Of a DNA stretch of 64,000 nt, positions 46,395-56,031 are shown piece after piece; position 1 is the stretch's first letter, and each line of letters begins with the position of its first letter. Source of the DNA: Candidatus Limnocylindrales bacterium (GTDB lineage Bacteria > Chloroflexota > Limnocylindria > Limnocylindrales > CSP1-4); NCBI GenBank assembly GCA_049514315.1, contig JBEKVD010000007.1, positions 11,719-75,718 on the forward strand, written 5' to 3'. A program made the position numbers and the translations under genes. A model generated the notes under the pieces. It was not told the DNA's origin. It made no database searches and saw nothing but the letters and a program-made list of their open reading frames with translations.

Positions 46395-46525
46395 CGGTCC
46401 CGCGCCGGCGGCGTGCCGGCGTCGGCGGCTGTCGGTCCCGCGCCGGCGGCGTGCCGGCGTCGGCGGCTGTCGGTCCCGCGCCGGCCGCGTGCCGGCGTCG
46501 GCGGCTGTCGGTCTCGCGCCGGCGG
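46395..46525. repeat. 38-bp tandem repeat, about 3.4 copies (CGGTCCCGCGCCGGCGGCGTGCCGGCGTCGGCGGCTGT)
   Basis: Units start at 46395, 46433, 46471 and 46509 (the last is partial). The array lies in the intergenic region upstream of the serine hydrolase gene. Confidence 0.92.
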
Positions 46526-46566
46526 CGAAACTCCACGCCCGGTGCGCGGCGGCGTGGAGCCGGGCA

Positions 46567-47781
46567 ATGGTGCGCAGGCTGTGGCACCATCGGCACGATG
46601 TGAACTCCGCCCGCCCCCAATTCGACCAGCGCCTCCTCGATCGGCCGTTCTCGGTCACCGCGCGTGCGGTGAAGTCCGGCGAAATCCCGGGAGCCGTGCT
46701 TGCAGTGGCGTCCCGTGACGAGGTCGTTCGGACGGAAGCGTTCGGCGGCCCGGCCGGAGCTCGCATCACGACCGAACACCGTTTCGGGATTGCGTCGATC
46801 ACGAAACCGATCGTGGCGACCGCAATGTTGCAGCTCGTCGAAGCGGGGAGCCTGGTCCTGTCCGATCCGGTGGCGCGCTACTTGCCGGGATTTCGGCCCC
46901 CGCCGGCCGTTCCGGGCGAACCGGGCGGCGAGGCAATCACGGTCTGGCACCTGTTGACACACACCTCCGGCATGGCCGATGTCGATCGATCGACCTTCTC
47001 ACGCACCCCGCCGGACGCTGACCGGATGGTCCGCCTCGCCGCCACGCGTCCGCTCACCTTCGCGCCCGGCACCTCCTACCGGTACTGCTCGGACACGTTC
47101 TTCGTCCTGGGAGCAATCGCGCAGCGTCTGACCGACCTTCCTCTGAGCGCGCTGCTGCAGGAGCGCATCTTCGAGCCGCTGGGCATGGCGGTCACGTCTT
47201 TTGCCCGGCAGCACGCCGCGGCGGCATCGGCCCCGGTGAGTGGCGCCGACCTGGCGCCCGATCAGACTTCCCGCCTGGTTGCCTGGCTGGAGGCCGTCGA
47301 GTACCCGGGCGGTGGTCTTTGGAGCGCCGCGCCGGACCTGGTCCGGTTCGGCCAGGCGATGCTCGAGGGTGGCGTTCTCGACGGGAGGCGGGTGCTCGGC
47401 GGGCCGTTCGTCGAGTTCATGACGCGGGAGCAGACGCGGGGCATCCAGGAACCGGGCAGGCCGCCTCGCGAACCCCACTACGGGCTCGGCTGGGACAAGC
47501 CGGGGCTCGACGGCCGGCTCCCCGGCTCGCCGCGGGCATTTGGCCATTCGGGCATGACGGGCTGTCGCCTGACCGTCGATCCTGAGGCAGGAATAGTCAT
47601 CGTCTTCCTGGCCAACGTCGTGAACCTCGAATCGCGCTACTGGCAGCGGGCGGCCGCGGCAGTTTACGGCGCTCTCGAGAACCGGCGCTTGCGCGTTGTG
47701 CCGGCACCGCCTCGGGGCTCAGTGACCCTCGCGCGCGCTCCGCAAGCTCATCTCTTTGACACGGGCAATGGCGGCGGCTAG
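46567..47781 (+). CDS. Serine hydrolase, beta-lactamase/transpeptidase-like (class C/esterase family)
   Basis: SxxK motif in FGIASITKPIVATAM, with YxN-like YRYCSDT downstream. ATG 46567 is chosen downstream of the repeat region. Confidence 0.8.
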   Translation: MVRRLWHHRHDVNSARPQFDQRLLDRPFSVTARAVKSGEIPGAVLAVASRDEVVRTEAFGGPAGARITTEHRFGIASITKPIVATAMLQLVEAGSLVLSDPVARYLPGFRPPPAVPGEPGGEAITVWHLLTHTSGMADVDRSTFSRTPPDADRMVRLAATRPLTFAPGTSYRYCSDTFFVLGAIAQRLTDLPLSALLQERIFEPLGMAVTSFARQHAAAASAPVSGADLAPDQTSRLVAWLEAVEYPGGGLWSAAPDLVRFGQAMLEGGVLDGRRVLGGPFVEFMTREQTRGIQEPGRPPREPHYGLGWDKPGLDGRLPGSPRAFGHSGMTGCRLTVDPEAGIVIVFLANVVNLESRYWQRAAAAVYGALENRRLRVVPAPPRGSVTLARAPQAHLFDTGNGGG

Positions 47782-47795
47782 CATACGCGCCGGCC

Positions 47796-47840
47796 GAACT
47801 TCAGGACGCCACGAAGGCGCGCCCTGAAGTTCTTTTCCTT
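47796..47840 (+). terminator. Intrinsic terminator
   Basis: GAACTTCAGG-17 nt-CCTGAAGTTC followed by TTTTCCTT, beginning 15 nt after the hydrolase stop. Confidence 0.75.
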
Positions 47841-47909
47841 ATCCCGGACCGCGAGGTGCCGGAGCTTCGCCGGACGGTGCCGGTTGGACCAGAACGGGGG
47901 CCTCCCGCC

Positions 47910-48374
47910 GTGAACAACAAGACCCAGTACATCTCTGAAGAGGGCCTGGCCAAGCTTCGGGCCGACCTCGAAGAGCTGGTCAACGTCCGCCGCCAGGAGA
48001 TCGCTCAGCGGATTCATGATGCCAAGGAACACGGGGACCTGGCCGAGAACGCCGAGTACGAAGACGCCAAGAACGAGCAGGCCTTTGTCGAGGGGCAGAT
48101 CCAGCGCCTTGAGGTCCTCATCAAGAATGCCACGATCTTCGAGGGCGGACACGGCACCGATCACGTCCAGATCGGCTCGACCGTGAAGGTCGAGGGCGCC
48201 GACGGCAAGGAAGTGTTCACCATCGTCGGTTCGACCGAGGCCAGCCCGCGCGAGGGCAGGATCTCCAACGAATCGCCCGTCGGTCGAGCTCTCCTCGGCA
48301 AGCACAAGGGCGACTCCGTCGTCGTCCACGTCCCGGCCGGCGACTTCTCATACAAGATTCTCGACATCAGCTAG
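47910..48374 (+). CDS. greA: Transcription elongation factor GreA
   Basis: EGLAKLRADLEEL...EHGDLAENAEYEDAKNEQAFVEGQIQRLE. GTG 47910 has GGGGG upstream and gives the canonical length of about 154 aa. Confidence 0.92.
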   Translation: MNNKTQYISEEGLAKLRADLEELVNVRRQEIAQRIHDAKEHGDLAENAEYEDAKNEQAFVEGQIQRLEVLIKNATIFEGGHGTDHVQIGSTVKVEGADGKEVFTIVGSTEASPREGRISNESPVGRALLGKHKGDSVVVHVPAGDFSYKILDIS

Positions 48375-48383
48375 CCGGTCGCC

Positions 48384-49967
48384 GTGTACTGGGCCGACGA
48401 GCTGGCAGGCGCGGTCTCAGGACCGCAGGTCGTCAACGACTCAAAGTCGCCCTCGGGGACGGTGCACGTCGGCTCGCTGAGGGGTGTCGTGCTCCACGAC
48501 GCGATCCACCGGGCGATGCTGAGCGCCGGAGTTCCGTCGAGGTTCCTCTACGGCGTCGACGACATGGACGCAATGGACTCCCAGGCGATGCTGACCCCGG
48601 ATGCCGTCGACCGGTACATGGGCGCACCGCTGTCTCGCGTGCCGGCGCCGGAGGGCAGCAACGCGGCCAACTACGCTCGCCATTTCGTGGGCGAGATCTT
48701 CTTCCGGACCTTCGAGCCGCTCGGCATCCAGCCCGAGTTCTACTGGGTCAGCGAGCTGTATTCGGCGGGTCGGATGGACCCATACGTCAGGCTGGCCCTC
48801 GATCGTGCCGACATCGTGAGGTCGATCTACCTCCGCGTCAGCCATGTCGAGCGCTCGAGCAGCTGGCTCCCGATACAGGTCATCTGCGAAAGCTGCGGCA
48901 AGATCGGCACGACCTACGCCACGGACTGGGACGGGTCGACCGTGGCCTACTCCTGCAAGCCGGACCTGGTGTCGTGGGCGAGGGGATGCGGCCACGAGGG
49001 CCGCGTCTCGCCGCTGGGCGGCCGGGCCAAGCTGCCGTGGAACCTCGAGTGGGCCGCCAAGTGGGGCCTGCTGGGCGTCACCATCGAGGGTTGCGGCAAG
49101 GACCTGGCGACGGCAGGTGGCTCGCGCGACCGCTCCGATGCGATAAGCCGGGAGGTCTTCGAGGTCGAACCGCCCCGCAATGTCACCTACGAGTTCCTCA
49201 ACATCGGCGGCCGCAAGATGTCGACCTCGAAGGGCCAGGGCGTCGCGGCCCACACGATCGCCGAGGTTCTACCCCCGGAGCAGCTCCGCTTCCTGTTCCT
49301 GCGGCCCCGCCCCAACCAGGTCATCGACTTCGACCCGGAGGGCGACACGATACCCCGCCTCTTCGACGAATTCGATCGAATCGCCGCGGCCACCGCCGGG
49401 CGGGACGTCAAGGGCGAGCTGCCGGCCGACCACGAACGACTCTTCACCTATTCGCTGCTGGGGCCCTCGCCGGACGTGGCCGCGGCCGCGGCCGCGTTTC
49501 GCCCCGCCTTCGCGCACCTGGCCCTGCTGCTTCAGATACCCGGTGTCGACATCGCCGAGCGGATGGCGGCCGAGAAGGGCGGCGCGCTGACCGAGCTCGA
49601 GGCAGGCCTGCTCGCCGAGCGGACGGCCTCGGCGCGGGCGTGGCTTGATTCCTATGCTCCCGAGCGGGCCCGGCTGGTAATCCGGCGCGACGATGTCCCC
49701 GGCGAGGTCCGAGAGCTCGGCGAAGATCAGCGGGGGTTTCTGGCGGCCCTGGCGGCCGCTGCGGCCACGGAAGAGCCTTCTTCCGGCGATGCCTGGCAGG
49801 CGCTGACTTTCCGGGTCGCCTCGGAGCTGGGGGTTGCGTCCGGCCGGGCCTTTGGCTCCCTGTACGCCGCCTTTCTCGGCCGGAGCAACGGCCCGCGCGC
49901 GGGCTGGCTGCTGGCCAGTCTCGAGCCCGTGTTCGTTCTGGAGCGGTTGCGCGCCGCGGCCGGGTAG
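48384..49967 (+). CDS. lysK: Lysine--tRNA ligase, class I type
   Basis: N-terminus YWADELA...SPSGTVHVGSLRG (HIGH-equivalent) and KMSTSKG (KMSKS) match class I LysRS, not the class II LysS architecture. Confidence 0.8.
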   Translation: MYWADELAGAVSGPQVVNDSKSPSGTVHVGSLRGVVLHDAIHRAMLSAGVPSRFLYGVDDMDAMDSQAMLTPDAVDRYMGAPLSRVPAPEGSNAANYARHFVGEIFFRTFEPLGIQPEFYWVSELYSAGRMDPYVRLALDRADIVRSIYLRVSHVERSSSWLPIQVICESCGKIGTTYATDWDGSTVAYSCKPDLVSWARGCGHEGRVSPLGGRAKLPWNLEWAAKWGLLGVTIEGCGKDLATAGGSRDRSDAISREVFEVEPPRNVTYEFLNIGGRKMSTSKGQGVAAHTIAEVLPPEQLRFLFLRPRPNQVIDFDPEGDTIPRLFDEFDRIAAATAGRDVKGELPADHERLFTYSLLGPSPDVAAAAAAFRPAFAHLALLLQIPGVDIAERMAAEKGGALTELEAGLLAERTASARAWLDSYAPERARLVIRRDDVPGEVRELGEDQRGFLAALAAAAATEEPSSGDAWQALTFRVASELGVASGRAFGSLYAAFLGRSNGPRAGWLLASLEPVFVLERLRAAAG

Positions 49968-50100
49968 CCGCCGGGTCACCGGCACCGGGCGCGGCCTCGA
50001 ACGAATCCGGGACCCCGCTCCGCCCGCGCCGCCGCGGCCCGGCTAAACTCAGTGGCAGTCGCGCGGCCAGGGCCGCCGACGTCACTGGGAGTAGCGAAGC

Positions 50101-51438
50101 ATGAGCATCGGGCTGGCCAGGCTGCGCGACGAGCCGGATCGGATCCGGCAGGGCGCGATCGACAAGGGAGAGGATCCCTCGATCGTGGACTCCGCGCTGG
50201 CTCTCGAAGGCAGGCGCCGGCGGCTCCTCGGCGATTCGGACCGTCTGAAGGCCGAGCGCAACGCCGCCTCGAAGAAGATCGGAGAGGCGATCCGGGCGCA
50301 GGCTGGTGTGGCGACCGGGACCGCCACGGCTCGGGACGCCTCGGTCTCGATTGCGGATCTCCGCCGCGCTTCCATCGACGCAGGTGCGCGGATCGAGAAG
50401 CTCGACGCCGAGCTTGCTGCCGTCGAGTCCGAGCTCGAGGAGCTGCTCCTGCGCATCCCGAACCCGGCCGATCCGGACGTTCCGGTGGGCGACGCCTCGG
50501 CCAACCGGACCGTTCGCACCTGGGGCGAGTCGCTCCCGCGGGACGCCACGGCCGACGGTCGGTCGTGGACGCGCCGCCCGCACTGGGAGGTCGCCGCGGG
50601 CCTGCGGATGATCGACCTGGAGCGCGGAGCCAAGATCACGGGCTCCGGCTTCCCGGTCTACACCGGCGCGGGTTCCCGGCTCCAGCGCGCCCTGATCGAC
50701 TTCATGCTGGACGTCCACACGTCCGAGCACGGCATGACCGAGATCTGGCCCCCGGCGCTGGTCAACGCCGCATCGGCCCGCGGCACCGGCCAGATCCCGG
50801 ACAAGGAAGACCTGATGTACGTCGTCCCGCGCGACGAGCTGTACCTCGTGCCCACGGCCGAGGTTCCGGTTACGAACCTCCACCGAGACGAGATCTTCGA
50901 GGCGGATCAGCTGCCGGTTCGCTACGCCGCGTACTCGCCGTGCTTCCGCCGCGAGGCCGGCGCCGCCGGCAAGGACACCCGCGGCATCCTCCGCGTCCAC
51001 CAGTTCGACAAGGTCGAGATGGTCTTCTTCGAGAAGCCCGAGGCTTCGACCGAAGCGCTCGAATGGCTGACCGGGCGAGCCGAGGTGATCCTGCAACGAC
51101 TCGGCCTGGCTTACCGGGTCCTGCTGATGGCGACGCAGGACATGGGCTTCGTCCAGGCCAAGAAGTACGACCTCGAAGCCTGGGCGCCCGGCGTCGAGCG
51201 CTGGCTCGAGGTCAGCTCATGCTCGAACTTCCGCGACTACCAGGCCCGCCGGATGGCCATACGCTATCGGCCCGAACCCGGCGCGAAGCCCGAGCTGGTC
51301 CACACCCTCAACGGCTCCGGCCTTGCCCTCGCCCGCACGGTCGCTGCCATTCTCGAGACGTACCAGCAGCCCGACGGCAGCCTGGTCGTGCCCGACGCGC
51401 TGCAGCCGTACATGAAGGTCGACCGCATCCTGCCTTAG
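50101..51438 (+). CDS. serS: Serine--tRNA ligase
   Basis: N-terminal coiled-coil arm, and class II motifs (FRREAGAAGKDTRGILRVHQFDKVE; GSGLALARTVAAILE). Confidence 0.93.
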   Translation: MSIGLARLRDEPDRIRQGAIDKGEDPSIVDSALALEGRRRRLLGDSDRLKAERNAASKKIGEAIRAQAGVATGTATARDASVSIADLRRASIDAGARIEKLDAELAAVESELEELLLRIPNPADPDVPVGDASANRTVRTWGESLPRDATADGRSWTRRPHWEVAAGLRMIDLERGAKITGSGFPVYTGAGSRLQRALIDFMLDVHTSEHGMTEIWPPALVNAASARGTGQIPDKEDLMYVVPRDELYLVPTAEVPVTNLHRDEIFEADQLPVRYAAYSPCFRREAGAAGKDTRGILRVHQFDKVEMVFFEKPEASTEALEWLTGRAEVILQRLGLAYRVLLMATQDMGFVQAKKYDLEAWAPGVERWLEVSSCSNFRDYQARRMAIRYRPEPGAKPELVHTLNGSGLALARTVAAILETYQQPDGSLVVPDALQPYMKVDRILP

Positions 51439-51565
51439 CGCCCCTCGAGCCGCGACCGCTCCATCTCGGTGCCCGCGCGCATCGAGCGTGTTTTCTGTCA
51501 GGATTGGGCAGTCCGCGCACCGGTTCCGTCCGTCGGATCTGCGGGTAAGGGCAATGGAGGGTCGG

Positions 51566-52396
51566 ATGGCAAAGGTCGGCAGCCGTCGCGCCGGTTCGGG
51601 CGTCCTGGCGACCGTCGCGGTGCTCCTGGCGGTGGCTGTGGCCGGCTGCCTCGGCAGCAGCGCAACGCCGCAGGTGATCTATCTGACGCCACCGCCAGGA
51701 TCGGCCACGCCGCTCCCGTCCGGCGTCACGCCGGCTCCCACGGTCGAGTTGCCGACGCCGGTCATCGACAGCGTCGTGGTCTCCTCCAACGCCCCCGACA
51801 GCCGCTGGACGGTGACCTTCAAGAAGCCCGTAATCTCCGGGATCGGGGGCTCTGCGGCCACGGCGATGAACAACACCATCAGCGATGCGGTCGACGGCTT
51901 CATCGGCGCCTTCACGGGCAGCGGACTGCCGGCGGTGGCCAGCGGCGACGGCCCGAGCACGCTCGAAGGCGACTTCAGCATCGCCCTCGACTCACCCACG
52001 CTGGTCAGCCTCCGATTCACGATGATCACCTTCGTGACTGGCGCGGCGCACCCGGCAGAGGCGCCGGCGAGCCTCAACTTCGTCGTCTCGAGCGGCGCGA
52101 AGATCAGCCTGACCGACCTGTTCGCGAATCCGTCGACGGCCCTGTCGACCCTGTCCCCCCTGGCCCAGACCAGACTGTCGTCGTTGCTCGGCTCGGACCT
52201 CACCTGGACCGGCCCGGCATCCTCGATGACCTTCTTCGAGAAGGGCTGGGCGATGACGCCGGCCGGCCTGGAGTTCACCTGGGCCCAGGGCGACATCGCC
52301 AGCGAGGCGGCGGGAATGCCCTCCGTGACGCTGCCATGGTCGGCCCTCAAGTCGATCCTCCTGGCGTCCGGCCCGGCCGCAGAATTCGTCAAGTGA
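51566..52396 (+). CDS. Lipoprotein with DUF4163/DUF3298 (RsiV-like) domains
   Basis: Lipobox VAGC. C-terminal pattern KISLTDLFANP...GLEFTWAQGDIASEAAGMPSVTLPWSALKSIL is typical of DUF3298. GGAGGG RBS. Confidence 0.6.
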   Translation: MAKVGSRRAGSGVLATVAVLLAVAVAGCLGSSATPQVIYLTPPPGSATPLPSGVTPAPTVELPTPVIDSVVVSSNAPDSRWTVTFKKPVISGIGGSAATAMNNTISDAVDGFIGAFTGSGLPAVASGDGPSTLEGDFSIALDSPTLVSLRFTMITFVTGAAHPAEAPASLNFVVSSGAKISLTDLFANPSTALSTLSPLAQTRLSSLLGSDLTWTGPASSMTFFEKGWAMTPAGLEFTWAQGDIASEAAGMPSVTLPWSALKSILLASGPAAEFVK

Positions 52397-52442
52397 GCGG
52401 CCGCCGGCATCCCAGCCCCTCGAGGACCTCGAGGCACGGCGA

Positions 52443-53189
52443 GTGAAGGTCGACGACGCGGTGGTCATCGTAACGGGGTCCTCGTCCGGCATCGGTGCAG
52501 CCACTGCCCGGCTGGCGGCAGCGCGCGGGGCGAAGGTGGTGCTGGCCGCCCGCCGCTCCGGCCGGATCAACGACCTTGCCGGAGAACTGCCCGACGCGGT
52601 CGCGCTGCCGACAGATCTACGGGACCCGGGGCAGATCGTCCGGATGGTGGAAGCGACCCTTGATCGCTATGGACGCGTCGACGTGCTGGTCAACAACGCC
52701 GGCCAGGGTCTCCACGTTCCTGTCGAGCACATCCGCCTCGACGACCTGCGCGCCGTCACCGAGCTCAACTTCTACGGGCCCCTGCTGGCGATGCAGGCCG
52801 TGATCCCGCCGATGCGCCGGCAGGGCGGCGGCGCAATCGTGAACGTCAGCTCCATGACGTCGCGGATGGTGCTCCCCGGTGTCGGCGGCTACTCGGCCAC
52901 TAAGTCGGCGCTGAACGCGCTCTCGCAGGTCGCCCGCCGGGAGCTCGCGCCAGACGGCATCGTCGTGTCGCTCGTCTACCCGTCGGTAACCGCGACGGAG
53001 TTTCATCAGTCCCTGGCCGCCGGCGGACGAGTCGGCGGCGATTCGTGGGCGGCGAAGCCTCACTCGGCGGAGCACGTGGCCGAGGCGATCGTCCGAGTGA
53101 TCGGGTCAGGGGAGGAGGAGGAGGTCATGCTGACGCAGGATTGGGACCGCGGCGCCGCGGACCGCCGGGACGGCGGCCCCACGAGATAG
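52443..53189 (+). CDS. SDR family oxidoreductase
   Basis: TGSSSGIGAATA Rossmann motif, NNAG, and the YSATK catalytic motif. Confidence 0.88.
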   Translation: MKVDDAVVIVTGSSSGIGAATARLAAARGAKVVLAARRSGRINDLAGELPDAVALPTDLRDPGQIVRMVEATLDRYGRVDVLVNNAGQGLHVPVEHIRLDDLRAVTELNFYGPLLAMQAVIPPMRRQGGGAIVNVSSMTSRMVLPGVGGYSATKSALNALSQVARRELAPDGIVVSLVYPSVTATEFHQSLAAGGRVGGDSWAAKPHSAEHVAEAIVRVIGSGEEEEVMLTQDWDRGAADRRDGGPTR

Positions 53190-53240
53190 CCCTGGCGTCC
53201 TCGTGCCGGTATTCGGGTTTCCGGCCGGCCCTCAGCCGCC

Positions 53241-55076
53241 TCAGCGCGGCTTCGTCGTGGACACGGCGCCGGAGCCGCCGCGTGTGGTCGCGAGCTCCTG
53301 CCCGAGCATCACCGGCTCCCGCCCCGCCATCGCGGGCCCCTGCGCTACCTTCTCGTACCCCTGCGCCACCGGCGCCAGCCCACCCACCTCGTAGTCGTGG
53401 ATGTAGCGCCGACCCCGCAGCCAGGACGCGGCTGCGGCGCCGAGCGACAGGACGACGCAGAGCGAGAACGCGATCTGGAGCCCATCGTGGAACGGACCCA
53501 CGAGCAGCTGCGGGAAGAAGGAGTTGCCCAGGACCGTGGCCTGGGTCGAAGCCGGCAGGCCGGCCAGGACGTTGGCCGGGATCAGGATGGCCATCGGGTT
53601 GTAGCCAAGGAACGCGGCGAAGAGTGCACTGATCGGCGGGATGCCCGATAGCTGCGTCGCCAGCGGTGTTGGGATGCCCGCGGCGGTGAGGTGTCCGTAC
53701 AGCGCCTGCGGCAGGCTCGACGACAGGCCGGCGATGACCAGGGTGAAGATGAGCGTCATGCTCAGGCTCATGGCGACATTCTGGAAGGTCGCCCGCATGC
53801 CCGAGGATGCGCCGCGGTGCTCGGGCGGGACGGCGTTCATGATCGACGCCATGTTGGGTGCGGCGAAGACGCCCTGGCCGATCCCGAGGGCGAAGAGAAG
53901 CAGGGCAAACGGCACGTAGCTGAAGTCGGCAGGTAGCGCGAGAAAACATGCGAAGGCACCCGCCGATAGAAGCATGCCACCGGTCGAGAAGTAGCGGGCA
54001 CCGTAGCGATCGGACAGCTTGCCGCTCACCGGCCCGGCGACCAGGAAGCCTGCCGTCATGGGCAACATGTAGATGCCGGCCCACAGCGGCGTGTCCTGGA
54101 AGTTGTAGCCGTGCAGGGGCAGCCAGATCCCCTGCAGCCAGACGATGAGGATGAGCTGGAGGCCACCCCGGGCGAGTGACGAGAGGAAACCCGCGATGTT
54201 GCCCGCGGTGAACATGCGGATCCGAAACAGTTCGAGCCGGAACATCGGGTCGGGCACGCGCCGCTCGACGGCGACGAAGAGGACCAGGAGCAGCGCTCCG
54301 CTCAGCAGCTCGGCGATCACCCAGGGGTTGCCCCAGCCCATGCTCGAGCTCCCGTACGGCTGGATCGCGTACGTGAACCCCACCAGGACGAGAGTAAGTC
54401 CTACGGCGAAGAGCACGTTGCCCGGTATGTCGAGCCGCTGGTGCGCCCGGATCGTCGCCGTCTCGTGGAGCATGAGGTAGGCCCACACGGTGCCGAACAG
54501 GCCGAACGGCACGCTCACCAGGAAGACGGCTCGCCAGTCGATGGCCGCGAGGACGCCGCCAAGCAGCAAGCCGAAGAAGGTGCCGGCGAGCATGCCGATC
54601 TGGTTGATGCCCATCGCCAGGCCGCGCTGGTCGGCCGGGAAGGCGTCGGTCAGGATGGCCGCGGAGTTCGCGAAGAGGAAGGCGCCGCCGACGGCCTGGA
54701 TGAGCCGGAAGACGATGAGCTGCAGGGCTGCCCCGTTCCCCTGGCCCTGGACGAAGAAGCACAGGATCGATCCGGCGGTGAAGACGGCGAACCCGGCGTT
54801 GTAGAGGCGAACCCGGCCGTACATGTCGGAGATCCGGCCCGCACTGACGAGGAGCGTCGCCGTCACGAGTGTGTAGCCCATGAGCGTCCAGAGCAGGTAG
54901 TCCGACTCGCCCGGGCCGAGCGGATCGACTCCCAGGCCGCGGAAGATCGCCGGCAGCGCGATCATCACCACACTGCCGTTCAGCCCGGCCATGAGGACGC
55001 CGAGAGTGGTGTTGGAGAGAGCGATCCAGCGGTAGTCGATGTGGGCAAGCCGGCGCTGACGGTGGGTCGATGTCAC
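53241..55076 (-). CDS. MFS transporter, DHA2 family (14-TMS) with C-terminal extension
   Basis: LIQAVGGAFLFANSAAILTDAFP and GRISDMYGR motifs. Overlaps the marR stop. Confidence 0.85.
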   Translation of the reverse strand: MTSTHRQRRLAHIDYRWIALSNTTLGVLMAGLNGSVVMIALPAIFRGLGVDPLGPGESDYLLWTLMGYTLVTATLLVSAGRISDMYGRVRLYNAGFAVFTAGSILCFFVQGQGNGAALQLIVFRLIQAVGGAFLFANSAAILTDAFPADQRGLAMGINQIGMLAGTFFGLLLGGVLAAIDWRAVFLVSVPFGLFGTVWAYLMLHETATIRAHQRLDIPGNVLFAVGLTLVLVGFTYAIQPYGSSSMGWGNPWVIAELLSGALLLVLFVAVERRVPDPMFRLELFRIRMFTAGNIAGFLSSLARGGLQLILIVWLQGIWLPLHGYNFQDTPLWAGIYMLPMTAGFLVAGPVSGKLSDRYGARYFSTGGMLLSAGAFACFLALPADFSYVPFALLLFALGIGQGVFAAPNMASIMNAVPPEHRGASSGMRATFQNVAMSLSMTLIFTLVIAGLSSSLPQALYGHLTAAGIPTPLATQLSGIPPISALFAAFLGYNPMAILIPANVLAGLPASTQATVLGNSFFPQLLVGPFHDGLQIAFSLCVVLSLGAAAASWLRGRRYIHDYEVGGLAPVAQGYEKVAQGPAMAGREPVMLGQELATTRGGSGAVSTTKPR

Positions 55077-55552
55077 CTGGTTACCTCGATGTCATCGGCT
55101 GAGCTGAGTTCGGACGATCCCGCGATGACCCGCTCCAGCAGCTCCGCGAGCGTGGTCTGGGCGGCGGGATCGAGTGCCAGCAATCGAGCGGCGACTTCGC
55201 TATCACGGAGGACGACCGCTCCCTCTACCGCCCTCTGACCGGCCGGCGCCAGGCGAACGAGCGTCACACGCCGGTCGGTCGGGCCCGGCAACCGTTCGAC
55301 CAGGCCTGCGCGCTCGAGTCGATCGACCAGGTTGGTGATCGTGGAGCGCGGGACGCCGAGCTCATCGCCGTAGCGGCTGATCGGGACTTCGCCCTGCCGG
55401 GCAAGAACGCGGACGGCGTAGAGGTCTGCCAGCGAAATCCCGTGTCGGGCGGCCAGCTCGCGTTGGACGGGCTCGGCCAGGGCTACGGCTCGCAGATAGG
55501 CGAGGAGGACCCGGCGCCCGGCTGGTTCGAGGACCACGGCCTGAACTCCCAT
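55073..55552 (-). CDS. MarR family transcriptional regulator
   Basis: Winged HTH: ISRYGDELGVPRSTITNLVDRLERAGLVERLPGPTDRRVTLVRLAPAG. Confidence 0.9.
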   Translation of the reverse strand: MGVQAVVLEPAGRRVLLAYLRAVALAEPVQRELAARHGISLADLYAVRVLARQGEVPISRYGDELGVPRSTITNLVDRLERAGLVERLPGPTDRRVTLVRLAPAGQRAVEGAVVLRDSEVAARLLALDPAAQTTLAELLERVIAGSSELSSADDIEVTR

Positions 55553-55687
55553 CTCATGGATAGTCCGAGATATGGGAGCATCCTATCACGAGTAGTCGGG
55601 ACGGCGGTCTGGCGCCACGCCGCATTTGGGCCGTGTGACCCCACTTCTGGCGCCGTCCGAAGGGCAGTTGGCGAGCCCAATGTATGC

Positions 55688-56029
55688 CTATCGGTCGCGT
55701 CGAGCCGCCAGTGCATACGCGAAGAAGTAGGCGTCAAGTGACTCGCCGTCGGAGGCGTAGTTGTTGTCACCGACAAGGAAGTCGCAGACGACTTCGCGGG
55801 CGCGGGCGATCTCCCGCAACCGCGGGCCCCGCCAGCGCTCGTCGGTGAGTGTCAGGTCGAAGAGTTCCAACGCCCGTTCCAGCGCAGCTTGCAGGCGCAC
55901 GTCGTCGCGCTGCGCCTTTGCCCGAATGGCCCTGCCCACGTCGCTTCCGACGTTGCCGAGTTGCTCATCGAGGGTCAGCGTGTGCCAGCGCCCGGCAGCG
56001 AGATTGGCGTGGAGTACTTGCTTAGCCAC
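55688..56029 (-). CDS. Hypothetical helical protein (113 aa), second gene of a two-gene cassette
   Basis: GTG 56029 lies 2 nt after the upstream stop and is preceded by AGGAG. Helical, conserved-looking sequence (LTLDEQLGNVGSDVGRAIRAK...). Confidence 0.55.
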   Translation of the reverse strand: MAKQVLHANLAAGRWHTLTLDEQLGNVGSDVGRAIRAKAQRDDVRLQAALERALELFDLTLTDERWRGPRLREIARAREVVCDFLVGDNNYASDGESLDAYFFAYALAARRDR

Positions 56030-56031
56030 GT

